DNA of 64,000 nucleotides from Porphyridium purpureum (GCA_008690995.1 VRMN01000002.1:1426001-1490000), one strand, 5' to 3'; shown: positions 10,847-21,434, counted from the stretch's first letter. Translations and numbers: made by a program. The notes: generated by a model not told the origin, from the sequence alone.

Positions 10847-12397
10847 ATGGCAGATGCTGGAGCAGGAGGTGGAGGGGTGCAGGGAGACGAGGATGGAAAG
10901 TTGAAAGGAGAGCCGCAAGAGGTGGATGCGTTGTACGCGTCGGAGCCAGGCGGCGGGGATCCGTTGGCCGGGCTCGATGAGAGCGTCGCGGCTCCCGTCA
11001 AGGCGGGTCCGAGGGCAGGTGCGGATGGCGCGGCTGGCAGAGCGGAGGACGGCGGCGCGGACGAGGAGCAGCGCGAGGCCGAGGAGGAGGAGGAGGATGC
11101 AGATGAGGAAGAGGACGAGGACGAGTCTGATGATGAGGATGATGTGGCCGTCGTGCTGAATGCGCCCGGCGCTGTCGGTGATGTAGCCGCCGATCCAAAC
11201 GCACCAAGGGGGGCGAGCGTCAAATTTGCAGCGGGAGTGAACAAGTGGCAGCGACCGGGAAATGCAGCGCCAGGTGGAGCGTCTGGTGCAATGCCCGGTG
11301 GGGTGCCCGGCGGCGCCGCGCCGCCGGGGCTTCTGTCCATGCTGCCCACGCCCACGGTGAATATGCCGTTGCACGCGCGAAGCGTGTACGATATTGAAAT
11401 TGGGCGACTGGCGGAGAAGCCTTGGCGCGAGCGAGGCGCAGATATTACTGAGTATTTCAACTATGGCTTCACGGAAGAGACCTGGAAGGTCTACTGTGAA
11501 CGCCAGATGCAAATGCGGCTCGAGTCTGCCGGCACGGCAAAGATCAAGACGCAGGCAGCGACAGAGAATTGGCCCGGTATTGCCAATTCAGATGGAGCGC
11601 CAAATATCGATGGCGGCATGGGTCCAAAGCCGCCAGGTCCGATGCCATTGGGAGTACCGCCGGGCATGATGCCCGGTTTCCCGCCCATGGGCGGGATGGC
11701 CATGCCTCCATTTGGTATGATGATGCCCGCCATGCCACATTCGTCTCCTTCAGGTGGTGCTGATGCATCGGCGCCGCCAGGCATGAATGCTCCACCATTT
11801 CCCTTTCCAGGTGCTCCGTTTCCGGGTGGGATCAAGATGCCGATGATGCCACCGCAGGCCGGTGGGATGAATCCCAAAGCTTTCATGGATATGATGGCAA
11901 AAGGCGCCGCCGGTATTCCCCCGGGTATGCCGGGAATGATTATGCCGCATCCTGGTGCGCAGAGTCGAGGCTCCAACGCGCTCGGTGCTACTGCGCCTCA
12001 AAGCGTGAAAGATTCTGCTGAAGGCTCTCCGTCAGCTCCTGGCGAATCCAGCATGCAGCGAAGTCGTGCAGACGGAAGTGACGGCGGAGGTCACCGAAAG
12101 CGCGAAAGGGACTATGAAGGTGGAAGCGAAGTTCGAGACCGGGATCGTGGCCGCGACGATGATGGTCGTGATAGGGACCGGGATCGGTATCGCGGCCGTG
12201 GAGGTGATCGCGGTGAACGGGAATACCAGGGCGGACGTGACGATCGCCGAGGAGACAGGGATGATAGGAGAGATAGAGACCACCGGGACGACCGAAGGGA
12301 CAGGGATAGAGATCGCGGCGGTCGTGATCATCGTGACCGAAGGGGCGGGGGTGGAAATCGGCATGACGATGATTCTCGGAAGCGCCAGAGAAGGTGA
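10847..12397 (+). CDS. FIP1: Pre-mRNA 3'-end processing factor FIP1
   Basis: Fip1 motif YDIEI..LAEKPWRERGADITEYFNYGFTEETWKVYCERQ. Acidic N-terminus, Pro/Met-rich middle, RD-rich tail. Confidence 0.93.
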   Translation: MADAGAGGGGVQGDEDGKLKGEPQEVDALYASEPGGGDPLAGLDESVAAPVKAGPRAGADGAAGRAEDGGADEEQREAEEEEEDADEEEDEDESDDEDDVAVVLNAPGAVGDVAADPNAPRGASVKFAAGVNKWQRPGNAAPGGASGAMPGGVPGGAAPPGLLSMLPTPTVNMPLHARSVYDIEIGRLAEKPWRERGADITEYFNYGFTEETWKVYCERQMQMRLESAGTAKIKTQAATENWPGIANSDGAPNIDGGMGPKPPGPMPLGVPPGMMPGFPPMGGMAMPPFGMMMPAMPHSSPSGGADASAPPGMNAPPFPFPGAPFPGGIKMPMMPPQAGGMNPKAFMDMMAKGAAGIPPGMPGMIMPHPGAQSRGSNALGATAPQSVKDSAEGSPSAPGESSMQRSRADGSDGGGHRKRERDYEGGSEVRDRDRGRDDDGRDRDRDRYRGRGGDRGEREYQGGRDDRRGDRDDRRDRDHRDDRRDRDRDRGGRDHRDRRGGGGNRHDDDSRKRQRR

Positions 12398-12680
12398 ACA
12401 CCGAGTCAACGGGTTTCTGCGAAATGCGGCGTGTGTACATTACATTGATTTTCTGCCATGATTTGGACAGGTTGATAAACTCAAAGTCGGCGGCTGAAAC
12501 CTCATTCCACGAACTGATGTAGACGCTCGAGTTCCTTTTTTTGGTTTTGGTTAAACTGATTAATTGTTCTCCTAACCAAACATGCGGTATCTGGCTAGAG
12601 ACTTATCTTTAGTCGTGTTGCTACGAGCAGCTCCTTTCTCAGGCGTAGGGAGAACGACGTGGCGCGTGCGTCTGCTGCGG

Positions 12681-13442
12681 TTATAAAGTCATGTGCTGCA
12701 TAACCTTCCACAAGACAGCAAGCACAGAAACAAGCACAACCATCCAGCCGAAAAGCGAAACAAGGCTTTCACTCTGCTTTTCCGGCTGGTTCTCGGAAGA
12801 TTCGGAGCCTGAACCTGCCGCCCTGGTCTTGTGATTCGGCCCTCCTTGGCGCGCGGGCGCATCCGTACCGTTGTTCCCAGCCCGACTGTGAGCTTTAGAC
12901 ACTCCTGCGCCGGCTTGTGGTGTGCCACGCGCGTCCGCTGAAGCTGGACTGGTTCGCTCCGACCGAAGGAGCTCTGGAAAGAGCTCGGCGAACATCTTGT
13001 CCTTCTCATTCCAGTCGTGTGAGGCGGTCGCGTACTTACGTTTCTCCGCATCGGTACTTCGCATGCTCCCCACGGTGTCCTCGTTGCCGACCATGAAGGA
13101 CAACAATCCGGTCAGAACGCTGCCCACGCCCCAAATTGCGTTCCACTCCTCCGGATGGAAATCAGACATGGACAGGCACAACTTTGTGTTTGGTTTGAAC
13201 CGGCCAGACGGCGTGAGCATATACACGGCTGGCGGCTTGTACGGGTAGCTATCTGGAAACACCAATTTGCCCATATACAGTCCGTGCTGGTACGGAGTAT
13301 CTTCAGGGCCTTCAATCACAAAATACCAGCGCAAGATATTGCTCGGGTGCGGTCGCGCCGTAATACATGGCGGCGGGTCCCGCATGATGTTGCGGTACTC
13401 CTTTCTCAACCGCTGCAACGCGGTTTGTGAAGCCGCCGCCAT
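12681..13442 (-). CDS. UBC6: Tail-anchored ubiquitin-conjugating enzyme E2 (Ubc6/UBE2J2 family)
   Basis: ALQRLRKEY..WYFVIEGPEDTPY..FPDSYPYKPP..TPSGRF..KLCLSMSDFHPEEWN, plus a C-terminal transmembrane segment. ATG at 13442. Confidence 0.93.
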   Translation of the reverse strand: MAAASQTALQRLRKEYRNIMRDPPPCITARPHPSNILRWYFVIEGPEDTPYQHGLYMGKLVFPDSYPYKPPAVYMLTPSGRFKPNTKLCLSMSDFHPEEWNAIWGVGSVLTGLLSFMVGNEDTVGSMRSTDAEKRKYATASHDWNEKDKMFAELFPELLRSERTSPASADARGTPQAGAGVSKAHSRAGNNGTDAPARQGGPNHKTRAAGSGSESSENQPEKQSESLVSLFGWMVVLVSVLAVLWKVMQHMTL

Positions 13443-15073
13443 CTTCACCTCAACACCCACCCTTTCTGCAGGGCGCCACCTCACCACACACGCTTTCCCT
13501 CCTCTTCGTCTTCCTTTCTCCCCAATCTTCTCCATAAACGCACCAAAAAAACGCGAGCCGATTCGAGTAGCCGAGACAGTCGGGGAGCGTTGCTGCGTTT
13601 CGGGCAAAATTGGACTTTCCGAGCAGTCACGCGGGTAAGCGGTGGAGGCGGTGGAGGCGGTGGAGGCGGCGGAATAATGGTTGATGTGCTTCCGCTGGGC
13701 GAGTGCGCGTGACCAGGCAGTTCTCCAGTAACAACAGCAGGCGTCGTTGCCGACGTACTGCCCGACATGCAGAACATGAGAACAGAGCCACATAAGAAAA
13801 CACTAAAATGCAGTAGCTCGTCAAAGTTTTTGTCTGAAACCTTTTGTCTTCTACAACTTCTCCAGCAAAACGCTCAGACGCAATGACAACTCTGAATAGT
13901 AAGCCTTCCCGAATGCAGGCCCAATCTTTGTCGAGGCTCATAGAGCATCTTTTCACCCACAGTGACAGAACAAACTGGCCTCGAAACTGAGGACGAAATG
14001 CTGTCTGCAGCAGCCGCCTCCTACTATTCCATGATTTTGTTTCTGTGCCACCGGGTCTGATCCAAGATAGTCAACCTAGCTCTCAAGTCCGGTCGTTCTC
14101 GCAAAGCCACGCAGACACGCTTAAATTCGCCGCACTTCCGGGACAACCTGCTGCTTGCTCCCTCGCGCACGAGGAACGAGCCGCGATACTTTTCAATACC
14201 AACATAGCGTGTGTCATTCCGTGGAGAATAATTCGCCGTGTCCGAGCCCCAGAAGAAATCATCATGTGCAAACTCAAGCACGTAAAGTTGATGCGTGACA
14301 GAAATAGTCTCGTGCGTTGCGCACAGGAGAATAGTTTTGCCAACTCAACATGTCGTCGCTGAGGCGTCATCTTGTCCGCTTGTCCTTCCACTGCGAATTC
14401 AGCCTAGATCGATGTGGCCGCAATGTGGACCCATCTTATCAAACTTGCAAGCGCCGAAGCAGAATTCGACGGACGGAAACCATACACCGCTAATTACCAG
14501 TTCACTGACAGGCACCACGATTGACAAGCATCGACTTTTCAAGTGTTTGCTTATGCAGTAGAATCGCACCAGATCCCTGCCTCGGCCTCTGTAGACTTCT
14601 CATGCAGTCCTTCAATCGAACTGATCAACCTCTGCTTCGTGCTCGTTTTCAAGAGTAACCTGGTCTTTCGCGTGAGGCCCTTTCTTTCTTTCTCAGTATG
14701 CGCGCACTGCATCTGAATGTATGCTTCTGTCGAAACTTTCCGCCAACACAGAGAGAGCAGGACTGACGCTTCAGGTAGCTCGCAATGGAAGTACTGAAGT
14801 TTTGAACAACCCTTAGATTCCTGCGGGGTTCATGGGACGACCTGACGCAAGTCGTTGCGAGAGACGCCAATGCAGAATGTGTTCGCCAACGCTCTACGAA
14901 GCATCTCGCTCAACTGGCACCAGACAGCTGACGGGACGAGTCCTCAGATATTTTTTCACCCACACGTTGCCACCTAAAAAATCTGCAAGTCGCCTGTCGA
15001 ACGCGCTTTGGCTGCTGGGGTGGTCGTTGGACGACGAGCCACGCAGATCGAGACTCGAGTGACAGTGTTGACC

Positions 15074-15994
15074 ATGTGTGTGTGCTTTGTGGTTGTGCCT
15101 ACGCGCGTGGAAAGGCGACAGCAAGAAGCTGCGCATGAGCGCGCCCCGGTTGCCCGCGCGCAGACAAAATGGCGTTTGGTCCATCATTCGCGATCTCGTG
15201 CGGTCGTTGGGAAGACGCGATTGGGCGCCGAGCAGCAAGATGCCGAAGAAGATTTGGACGTCATTGAGCGCGCTATGAAGTGGCTCGGCTTCAAAAAGGA
15301 GAAGACACCGTTCGGCCTGGCTCGGTTTGATCGCGACAAGTTTCCCGAACTGTGGCCGGCAGAGCTGGAGGAGCAAGCGGACCCGGTTGAAGGCGATGAA
15401 AAGGACCCGGATCTGCAGCTAATTCGGCCCATGATGGCACGGACAAGCTTGCAAACACGACCCATGGAATGCGTGTTTGATGCCGAGGTACATGGATGGA
15501 AGGCAGCATCATTTCATCGCTGCGTTGACAAGCGCGGGCCAGCGGTGGTTTTAGCCAGGACAAAGGGCGGCGCTGTGGTGGGAGGATACTCTCCGAAAGG
15601 CTGGGTTGGTTACGGTGAGAGCCGTGGAAGCATCGCTGCCTTCTTGTTCACGTGGCCCGACGGTGACACATCAAAGCGGTCAATCAAGTTGAGAAAAATT
15701 GGTATGGCGTCCATGGCGTCTATGGATCAGCCCGAGTCCGGTCCCCGCTTTGGCGCAGAAGGGCTGACTATTCCTCTTCTGGATGCGCGCGCCACCGAGT
15801 ATGATGGCACTGAGCGCGTTGCGCGTTGTAAGCTAGGCACTTACTACGACAAGTTGCCGGACGGATCCAAGAGCTTATTTGCACACGGCGAAGGCCTACT
15901 TACGGAGCTTGTGTCGCTTCGGGCGTTCGTGGGTATCTACGGTAGTGATGAAGAGATTCCATTTTTAGATGCCTTACCCTTTAGCTTAGAATGA
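15074..15994 (+). CDS. TLDc-domain protein, probably plastid-targeted
   Basis: HGWKAASFHRCVDKRGPAVVLART..VVGGYSPKGW..AFLF..GPRFGAEGL are TLDc motifs. Start placed at MCVCFVV (15074). Confidence 0.8.
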   Translation: MCVCFVVVPTRVERRQQEAAHERAPVARAQTKWRLVHHSRSRAVVGKTRLGAEQQDAEEDLDVIERAMKWLGFKKEKTPFGLARFDRDKFPELWPAELEEQADPVEGDEKDPDLQLIRPMMARTSLQTRPMECVFDAEVHGWKAASFHRCVDKRGPAVVLARTKGGAVVGGYSPKGWVGYGESRGSIAAFLFTWPDGDTSKRSIKLRKIGMASMASMDQPESGPRFGAEGLTIPLLDARATEYDGTERVARCKLGTYYDKLPDGSKSLFAHGEGLLTELVSLRAFVGIYGSDEEIPFLDALPFSLE

Positions 15995-16061
15995 ACAAGC
16001 GAAACAGACTGTTTTTGGACGGGAACGGACTGGATCCTGCCTCGCACAAGTGTACTAGAAT

Positions 16062-17090
16062 CTACACGCTAAGGCCAAGAGCAGCGAGCTCGCGCTTCAG
16101 CTTGGACACCTGAGCCATTTTGCTCTGCACATCTGCGCTGAATGCGGCCGAAACTTGGGACACTGCAGCTTGCTGCGCCCGGTACTCAGCGGCCTCGGCT
16201 GGGCTCAAATACATGTAACTTCCGGGCACGATCTCCAGGCGGCGACCGACAAGGCGCTTTGACGACTGGCCACGTGGCTGGTCAATGTCCGGACGCGGCG
16301 GAATGCCGCTCTTCACGGAAGTCAGGCTAGAAGCCGTGTTGGTCGCGACGCGTCCGACGGTCTTCGACGATCTGCCGGCGCCCTCCAACGACAGCACCTT
16401 GTTCGAGTTCGCCACGCCGGTTGAACGCGCGCGCGAAGTCAGCGACTTGTCCGACTGGCCTGGAGCTCCATACATCGATACCATGCGGTTGAAGTCTTCC
16501 GCGGTCATGTAGGTGCCGCGGAACTGCTCATACGGGACGGTGTCCTCGCCAAAGCGCTCGTAGTACTCGTCCGAGTCCACGTACGACGAGATTTCGGCCT
16601 CGTAGCCATTGTTCACGTAGCATTGCACGTGCTGAGATACCTCTGCCTGCGAGATCGGGCCGCGGCCCAACAGGTGCTTCATGTTGAGCTCGACGAATCG
16701 GTACGGCCCGCACGGCTCGAAGAATCTTCTGCGATACGTATCGCTGAGGGCGAGCTCCCGCACGAATTCGCGCACCGACAGCTCCCCGCTCAAGAACATG
16801 GACTCCTGCTTGGCGAACGACGCGCGTTCCTCCTCCATGACGTACGCGTTCCCAAACACCTGCTTGATCGCCTGCAGCACGAGCAGCTGGCGGTCCTCCA
16901 GGCTCATCTTGGCAGGCGCCGAGACGGGCTGCGACGCGGCCACGCCAGACAGCGTGATCGACACATCACTCACACCCATCTGCAACGCCGCAGCACGCGG
17001 CCGCGCCTGCTGCCTCGCGCACACCACGCCGCGCGACACCGCCGTGCCGGGGCGCACCACCGCTCCAACGCCTCCCGTCACAAACGCCAT
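16062..17090 (-). CDS. Nuclear-encoded phycobilisome linker polypeptide (PBS_linker domain; rod-core-linker-like C-terminal coiled coil)
   Basis: MAFV transit peptide. AIKQVFGNAYVMEEER..ESMFLSGELSVREFVRELALSDTYRRRFF..RFVELNMKHLLGRGP..YVDSDEYYERFGEDTVPY. Confidence 0.93.
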   Translation of the reverse strand: MAFVTGGVGAVVRPGTAVSRGVVCARQQARPRAAALQMGVSDVSITLSGVAASQPVSAPAKMSLEDRQLLVLQAIKQVFGNAYVMEEERASFAKQESMFLSGELSVREFVRELALSDTYRRRFFEPCGPYRFVELNMKHLLGRGPISQAEVSQHVQCYVNNGYEAEISSYVDSDEYYERFGEDTVPYEQFRGTYMTAEDFNRMVSMYGAPGQSDKSLTSRARSTGVANSNKVLSLEGAGRSSKTVGRVATNTASSLTSVKSGIPPRPDIDQPRGQSSKRLVGRRLEIVPGSYMYLSPAEAAEYRAQQAAVSQVSAAFSADVQSKMAQVSKLKRELAALGLSV

Positions 17091-17518
17091 ACCGAGCCTA
17101 TCTCCCACAACACACAACCCAGTCGCTAAGCGCCTCGCAATCGCCTCGCAGTCCCACAGAAATTCTCCACAGCCTTCTCCTGTCTACCTCTCTGCCCACA
17201 CACCTACTCGCTGACGAGACACACACACGCCTTCCCCCACCACCACCGCGTTCACCTTGCGGCACCTCGGGCGGCAACCACGTCGGAGCGCTCATACTAA
17301 AACGACGCGTTTTCATAGTAGTTGAACTGTACCGGAGATTCGAGTTCCAAGCCGAGATTCTTCCCGGAGCGCGTGCGGGCACGTTCGTGGCTTTTGCACA
17401 GTTCGAGCGGCACGCACCCAAAAATAAAAAACCCCTCAACCCACCCGGGGTGTACAGCGATACAGGTACAGTGTGGGTGTAGGGTGAGCGGGAGTGATGA
17501 TGTCATTGCAATGCGCAT

Positions 17519-18685
17519 TCACTCGTGCGGGTCCGTGGCTTCTGGGCGGTCCCGCGAGTCGAGTTCGGCTTCGATGAGCGCGCACTCTGACTGTGCGCTG
17601 GCAATCTCGACGTCATACCTGGCCAGCTGCTCTTCCAGCGCCGCACGCCCAGATTCGCTTAGTGTTGCCAGGCGAAGCTGGTCCGAGCATCGTCGGCGCT
17701 TCATGCGCAGCGGCATCAGCTGGTCGCGCTCGATTGTGTCCAGCCGCTCGTTCAGCACGCGCAAGTGCTCGCGCCGCGCACGCTCCGCTTCGAGCAGGGC
17801 TTCTGCTCGCCGACGCTCCGCGGCTTTTTGCTCCGCAGCCTGTCGAACACGCTCTTGCTCCTTTTCGCGTCGCGCCGCCTTTTTCGCCTCCACCTCGGCA
17901 AGACGAGCCTCCCTTTCGGCGCGTAGCAACTCCCCGCGCGCCGACCACGTAAACTCTTGCACTGGTTTGGCCTTTGAAGCACTTTTTCCTTGCGCTTTCG
18001 TCACCGCAGCAGGCTCATGGCTGATGCCCACTGACCTGTTGTCACTGGCGCTGACTGCGGGAGCCGAATTTACCGGTTCGCGCTCATGGCTCGAGCCAGA
18101 AGCCTGTGGTTCACCTTCTCCCAGCCGCTGGCCGTCATCTCGCATGTACAACTTGCCCTGGAAAACATTCGGCATGGTTCTTTTATGCCGTTCAATGTAT
18201 GACTCCTTTTCTCGCTTGCCGTGCTGAACGGCACCCATACCGGAAGGCGTTGCTGCTCTGTCGGAAGGGCGCTCACTTTCTTCAGCGTCCAAAGCAGGTG
18301 GTCTTTGCAGGAGGTCAAGTGCGTGTTCAGGTACTGGTGTGCTCCGCGTGCCTGCCGATGCCGATGAGGAAGGTGAAAGTCTCCGCCCGCCGAAAAGGCC
18401 AAGAGAATGCAACAAAGGGCGTATCGCGAGCGAATACACAAACCAAAGAAAACCGAGCACCACTGTTCCGCGCAAAATCTGCAGCGGCAGCTGATCCACA
18501 AAACGCTGCACCTGTTTTTGCGTTGGCAACCTGGCGACGACAGCCCGCGCCGCGTTCTGTGCCTGCACGAACGCCTGCTCCGCTGCCACAGACAAGTCTC
18601 GGTCCCATGCGAGATGGATGTACGCCGCGGCCGCAACTGCCAGCCCTAGCATTGCCGCGCTCAGCATGTACATAAGTCCCGCCAT
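17519..18685 (-). CDS. Hypothetical membrane protein with C-terminal coiled coil
   Basis: About 390-aa ORF with two N-terminal hydrophobic segments and an E/R/A-rich coiled coil. Divergent from BUD31. Confidence 0.6.
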   Translation of the reverse strand: MAGLMYMLSAAMLGLAVAAAAYIHLAWDRDLSVAAEQAFVQAQNAARAVVARLPTQKQVQRFVDQLPLQILRGTVVLGFLWFVYSLAIRPLLHSLGLFGGRRLSPSSSASAGTRSTPVPEHALDLLQRPPALDAEESERPSDRAATPSGMGAVQHGKREKESYIERHKRTMPNVFQGKLYMRDDGQRLGEGEPQASGSSHEREPVNSAPAVSASDNRSVGISHEPAAVTKAQGKSASKAKPVQEFTWSARGELLRAEREARLAEVEAKKAARREKEQERVRQAAEQKAAERRRAEALLEAERARREHLRVLNERLDTIERDQLMPLRMKRRRCSDQLRLATLSESGRAALEEQLARYDVEIASAQSECALIEAELDSRDRPEATDPHE

Positions 18686-18956
18686 CTTCCCACGAATCGA
18701 AGGACAACCTTTCATTATGATCCGTTGCGAACACTTCGGTCTTCGTAGAAAGAGAAGAATGACACGGAACGCATCTCAGAGACGGACACACCGTGTGACG
18801 CGGATGACAGAGCGGGCGATCAATGCGCCAAGTTCGGCTGTGGATGGTTTCAGCTACTCGCGCGAAGCTCTGCGTCGCACAGGTTGAGAGGGCTGACTTG
18901 GTCTTACGAGCGCAGCCAGGAAAACGGTGAACGCTGATTTAGGAGATACTCAGACC

Positions 18957-19445
18957 ATGTCGTGGCGTGTCAAGCTGGCGCAGAAGACAGCTCCGGCAGA
19001 CGTCCAAGCCCTCCAAGATCTCTTCGAGCGGCACGATGCAGCGGTTCGTGTGTTGATGGAGGAAGATATTTCGAAGAAGATGCGCGCAGAGCTGCAGTGG
19101 GGCGTGCACCGCGCAAACTACGAGAAGAACCGCTCCATTTACGAACGAGGTGTGTCCGAGCGAGGGATGAGGTACTTGGTGAAACACAATCTGGTGGACG
19201 CAAAGCTGATTGCCAAGTGGAAGAAGCCAGGGTACGAGCGGCTATGTTCGACGGCCGCAGTGACCACTAGCAATACAAACATGGGCACCGTTTCAATCTG
19301 TCGCGTCCCGCTTCGCTGCCGCCAACCAGAACAGGTGCGCCCAAGCGTGCTTACCGGCTGTGTTACCTGCGCAACAGAAGATGATGGGCCTATTTGGTGG
19401 AACGAAGAGCCACCAGAAAGGGTGTTAACGTGGGTTTTCTGTTAA
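18957..19445 (+). CDS. BUD31: BUD31/G10 spliceosomal protein; C-terminal tail truncated by the LTR insertion at 19429 (last residues TWVFC* come from the LTR junction)
   Basis: VDAKLIAKWKKPGYERLC...ICRVP...GCVTC matches the G10 family. The frame continues at 30291 once the element and one TSD are removed. Confidence 0.88.
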   Translation: MSWRVKLAQKTAPADVQALQDLFERHDAAVRVLMEEDISKKMRAELQWGVHRANYEKNRSIYERGVSERGMRYLVKHNLVDAKLIAKWKKPGYERLCSTAAVTTSNTNMGTVSICRVPLRCRQPEQVRPSVLTGCVTCATEDDGPIWWNEEPPERVLTWVFC

Positions 19446-19730
19446 CGATCAACGAAGAACCCTTTTACTATTCCCCTTCCCTTACCTTCTCTCTTTTCTT
19501 CTAGGCTTATCCGTCTGCCATCTCTGCGCGACCGCACCCACTATATAGACGCCCGCCGGGTCCTTGTTGATGCAATCTGACCACATCGAGTCACGTCACA
19601 TCGGCATCCGGCGGGACGCTAGTCGAGTCACATCGCATTACACCCGCTGAATCCCCGTCACGACGTCCCGGTACGTTCGCACTCGCCCTTCCGCACGCCC
19701 ATCGACGAGTGGGACGGGCAACTTTCCACG
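19429..19730 (-). repeat. 3' LTR of the outer element (302 bp)
   Basis: Identical by eye to 29984-30285. Termini CGTGG...CCACG. Contains CTATATAG. Confidence 0.95.
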
Positions 19731-21020
19731 CGCCCCGTGCACGTCTCGCTCTCGATCGTTGGAAGCGCCCTTCCTAAGGTTGGCAATAGCACGTGTAAAT
19801 GCCACTCGTTCCATCGGCTTCGTGAAGATGTCTGCGCAATTCGATATTCCGGGGACAGACACGAGGTTCGAGTCTTCTCCATCAAAAGCGTCCGAGAGGG
19901 TGGCTACAGTGACGCCGTGTGTCTTCCCGAGACTTGCCATCTTGGCGGAGTATCCTCGTCGAACGGCCTTCACCGCTGCTTCGCTGTCGCAACACACAGC
20001 GAGCGGTACGCGCGTTCCAACGAGCCCTCGGATTACAACTTCGGCGTTAGGAATCGTAGTTCGCATGATCCTGCCAAGGGCGGTGAGTTCCGCCTCCGCG
20101 GTGGATAATACCGAGGCCCGTTGTGCTTTCGAAAACCAATCTACCAAGTAGTTCTCTTCTCCGTTTGAGAAGTATACGCAACCGCCGGAAGTTGACCGCC
20201 GCGTCGCGGGACAGCCTGCATGGTCGCTATCTGAAAAGGCGACTATTCGTACCTGATCTCCCAGGCGCCCCGCGCTGCCGTATTCCAAGACACTATCCTG
20301 GCTCCCGTGCACGTACCGCACGATTCGGTCGAGAATCGCCGATGCTGCCTTGCTCCACTTGTCCACAAAGCGCGAGACATATGCGACCGAGTATGCTATT
20401 TCGGGCTTTACCGTGCGTGCGAGCCACATTAGGCGTCCGACGTGTTGCCGGCAAGTCGTACTGACTTCCGCTTCGTCGTAGAGCGCCGCCTCTGGAAATA
20501 CCATGGGGGTTGCCGCATCGCGCGTGCCCCTCGTCCTCACAGTCGAGTCGCGCTCGTACTCATCTATAATGGTCTTTGCGTAGTCCGTACCATCAATCTT
20601 TACCCTTCCGTTCGTTCTGGAAATCCGCATGCCAAGGTGAAGGACCGGGCTCTCGCCGAGCCACTGCGGTTGCTCGTCGATCACGAATTCTTGATATAAC
20701 TCACTCATGGCATTCCGTGCCTCGTCTTTCCGCCCCGCTAAGACCACGTCGTCAACGTACATTACCAAGACGAGTCCTGCCGCGTTCCCCTCGAGGCTTC
20801 TACGGATATACACTCCTGCTGTGACCTCCACCCATCCGAGACGCAACAAGCGACTACGAGCTTCGCGCGCGAAGTCCGCTCCCGCTCTCGGTAATCCGTA
20901 CATTGCCTTGCGGAGATGATGGGCGGTGCCCGTCTTCCCGCCTGCCTCGCTGGGAAGGATTACATACACCGGTCCCCCGCTGCACTCGGCCTGCAGGTAG
21001 GCGCTGGTGATGTCAACAAA
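19638..21020 (-). CDS. Outer element pol, 3' part: Ty1/copia-type RT (catalytic part) and RNase H
   Basis: FVDITSAYLQAE, LRKAMYGLPRAG, VMYVDDV; RNase H FSDSDHAGC..RRSTSG, LSTAEAE, CDSEAA, ADIFTKP. In frame with 26477 after removing the inner element. Confidence 0.93.
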   Translation of the reverse strand, partial: FVDITSAYLQAECSGGPVYVILPSEAGGKTGTAHHLRKAMYGLPRAGADFAREARSRLLRLGWVEVTAGVYIRRSLEGNAAGLVLVMYVDDVVLAGRKDEARNAMSELYQEFVIDEQPQWLGESPVLHLGMRISRTNGRVKIDGTDYAKTIIDEYERDSTVRTRGTRDAATPMVFPEAALYDEAEVSTTCRQHVGRLMWLARTVKPEIAYSVAYVSRFVDKWSKAASAILDRIVRYVHGSQDSVLEYGSAGRLGDQVRIVAFSDSDHAGCPATRRSTSGGCVYFSNGEENYLVDWFSKAQRASVLSTAEAELTALGRIMRTTIPNAEVVIRGLVGTRVPLAVCCDSEAAVKAVRRGYSAKMASLGKTHGVTVATLSDAFDGEDSNLVSVPGISNCADIFTKPMERVAFTRAIANLRKGASNDRERDVHGARGKLPVPLVDGRAEGRVRTYRDVVTGIQRV

Positions 21021-21025
21021 GCCCA

Positions 21026-21315
21026 TGTTACCAATGCTGTGCCTTTTTTTTTGCTTCTTACCTCTTCTGTCTCCGAGCAAGACCTGACCGGCTAGTCCGG
21101 GCAGGCGCGTCGCCTTTTTATACCCTTACTTCCGCTAGGGACAGCAAGGCGCCAAGAGAAATGACAATGCAAATCATTGGCATTTCTGCGCGCGTCTAGA
21201 AGGTTCTGGAACCTCTAGAAGCTTCTAGAAACGGTTCAACGGTCTACCGGTTTAACGGCTTACCGGTTTTGGATTAACCGAACCGTTCTAGGTGACTGGG
21301 GTCGAACGGATAACA
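21026..21315 (-). repeat. 3' LTR of the inner gypsy element
   Basis: TGTTA...TAACA termini; identical by eye to 26187-26476. Confidence 0.95.
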
Positions 21316-21434
21316 TCTCCCCCCCTCTTGACTCGACGTCTCGGCGAGACTCCAAACTAAGTTGCATTCTTGGCTCGAGGAACCCGCGCTCCGGGAGAAA
21401 ACCTCTGCCTAGCAAACTTCTCACAGTACCCAAG

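Noticed and set aside
10532..11512. Long antisense or alternate-frame ORFs (also 17322..18227, 22834..23766, 41702..42643)
   Set aside because: They are shadows of GC-rich real genes and have no recognisable domains.
12547..12580. TTTGGTTA...TAACCAAA hairpin between convergent FIP1 and UBC6
   Set aside because: It is only an 8-bp AT-rich stem with no convincing ncRNA boxes, and could be chance.
13443..15073. Hidden genes in this and other longer gaps (4400-6113, 43103-44347, 45689-47563)
   Set aside because: I see only short ORFs with no motif I recognise. Intron-split genes or TE relics cannot be excluded without searches.
19424..19432. Canonical TG...CA outer LTR with a 7-bp TSD, or a piggyBac-type TTAA target
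   Set aside because: With TG...CA ends the flanks would be GTTAACG and CGGTTAA, which do not match. The duplication is the 5-bp GTTAA, and the element encodes RT and IN rather than a transposase.
21021..21080. N-terminus MLGDRRGKKQKKRH of ORF 19638..21080
   Set aside because: It is read-through from the inner LTR. The real frame continues from 26477.
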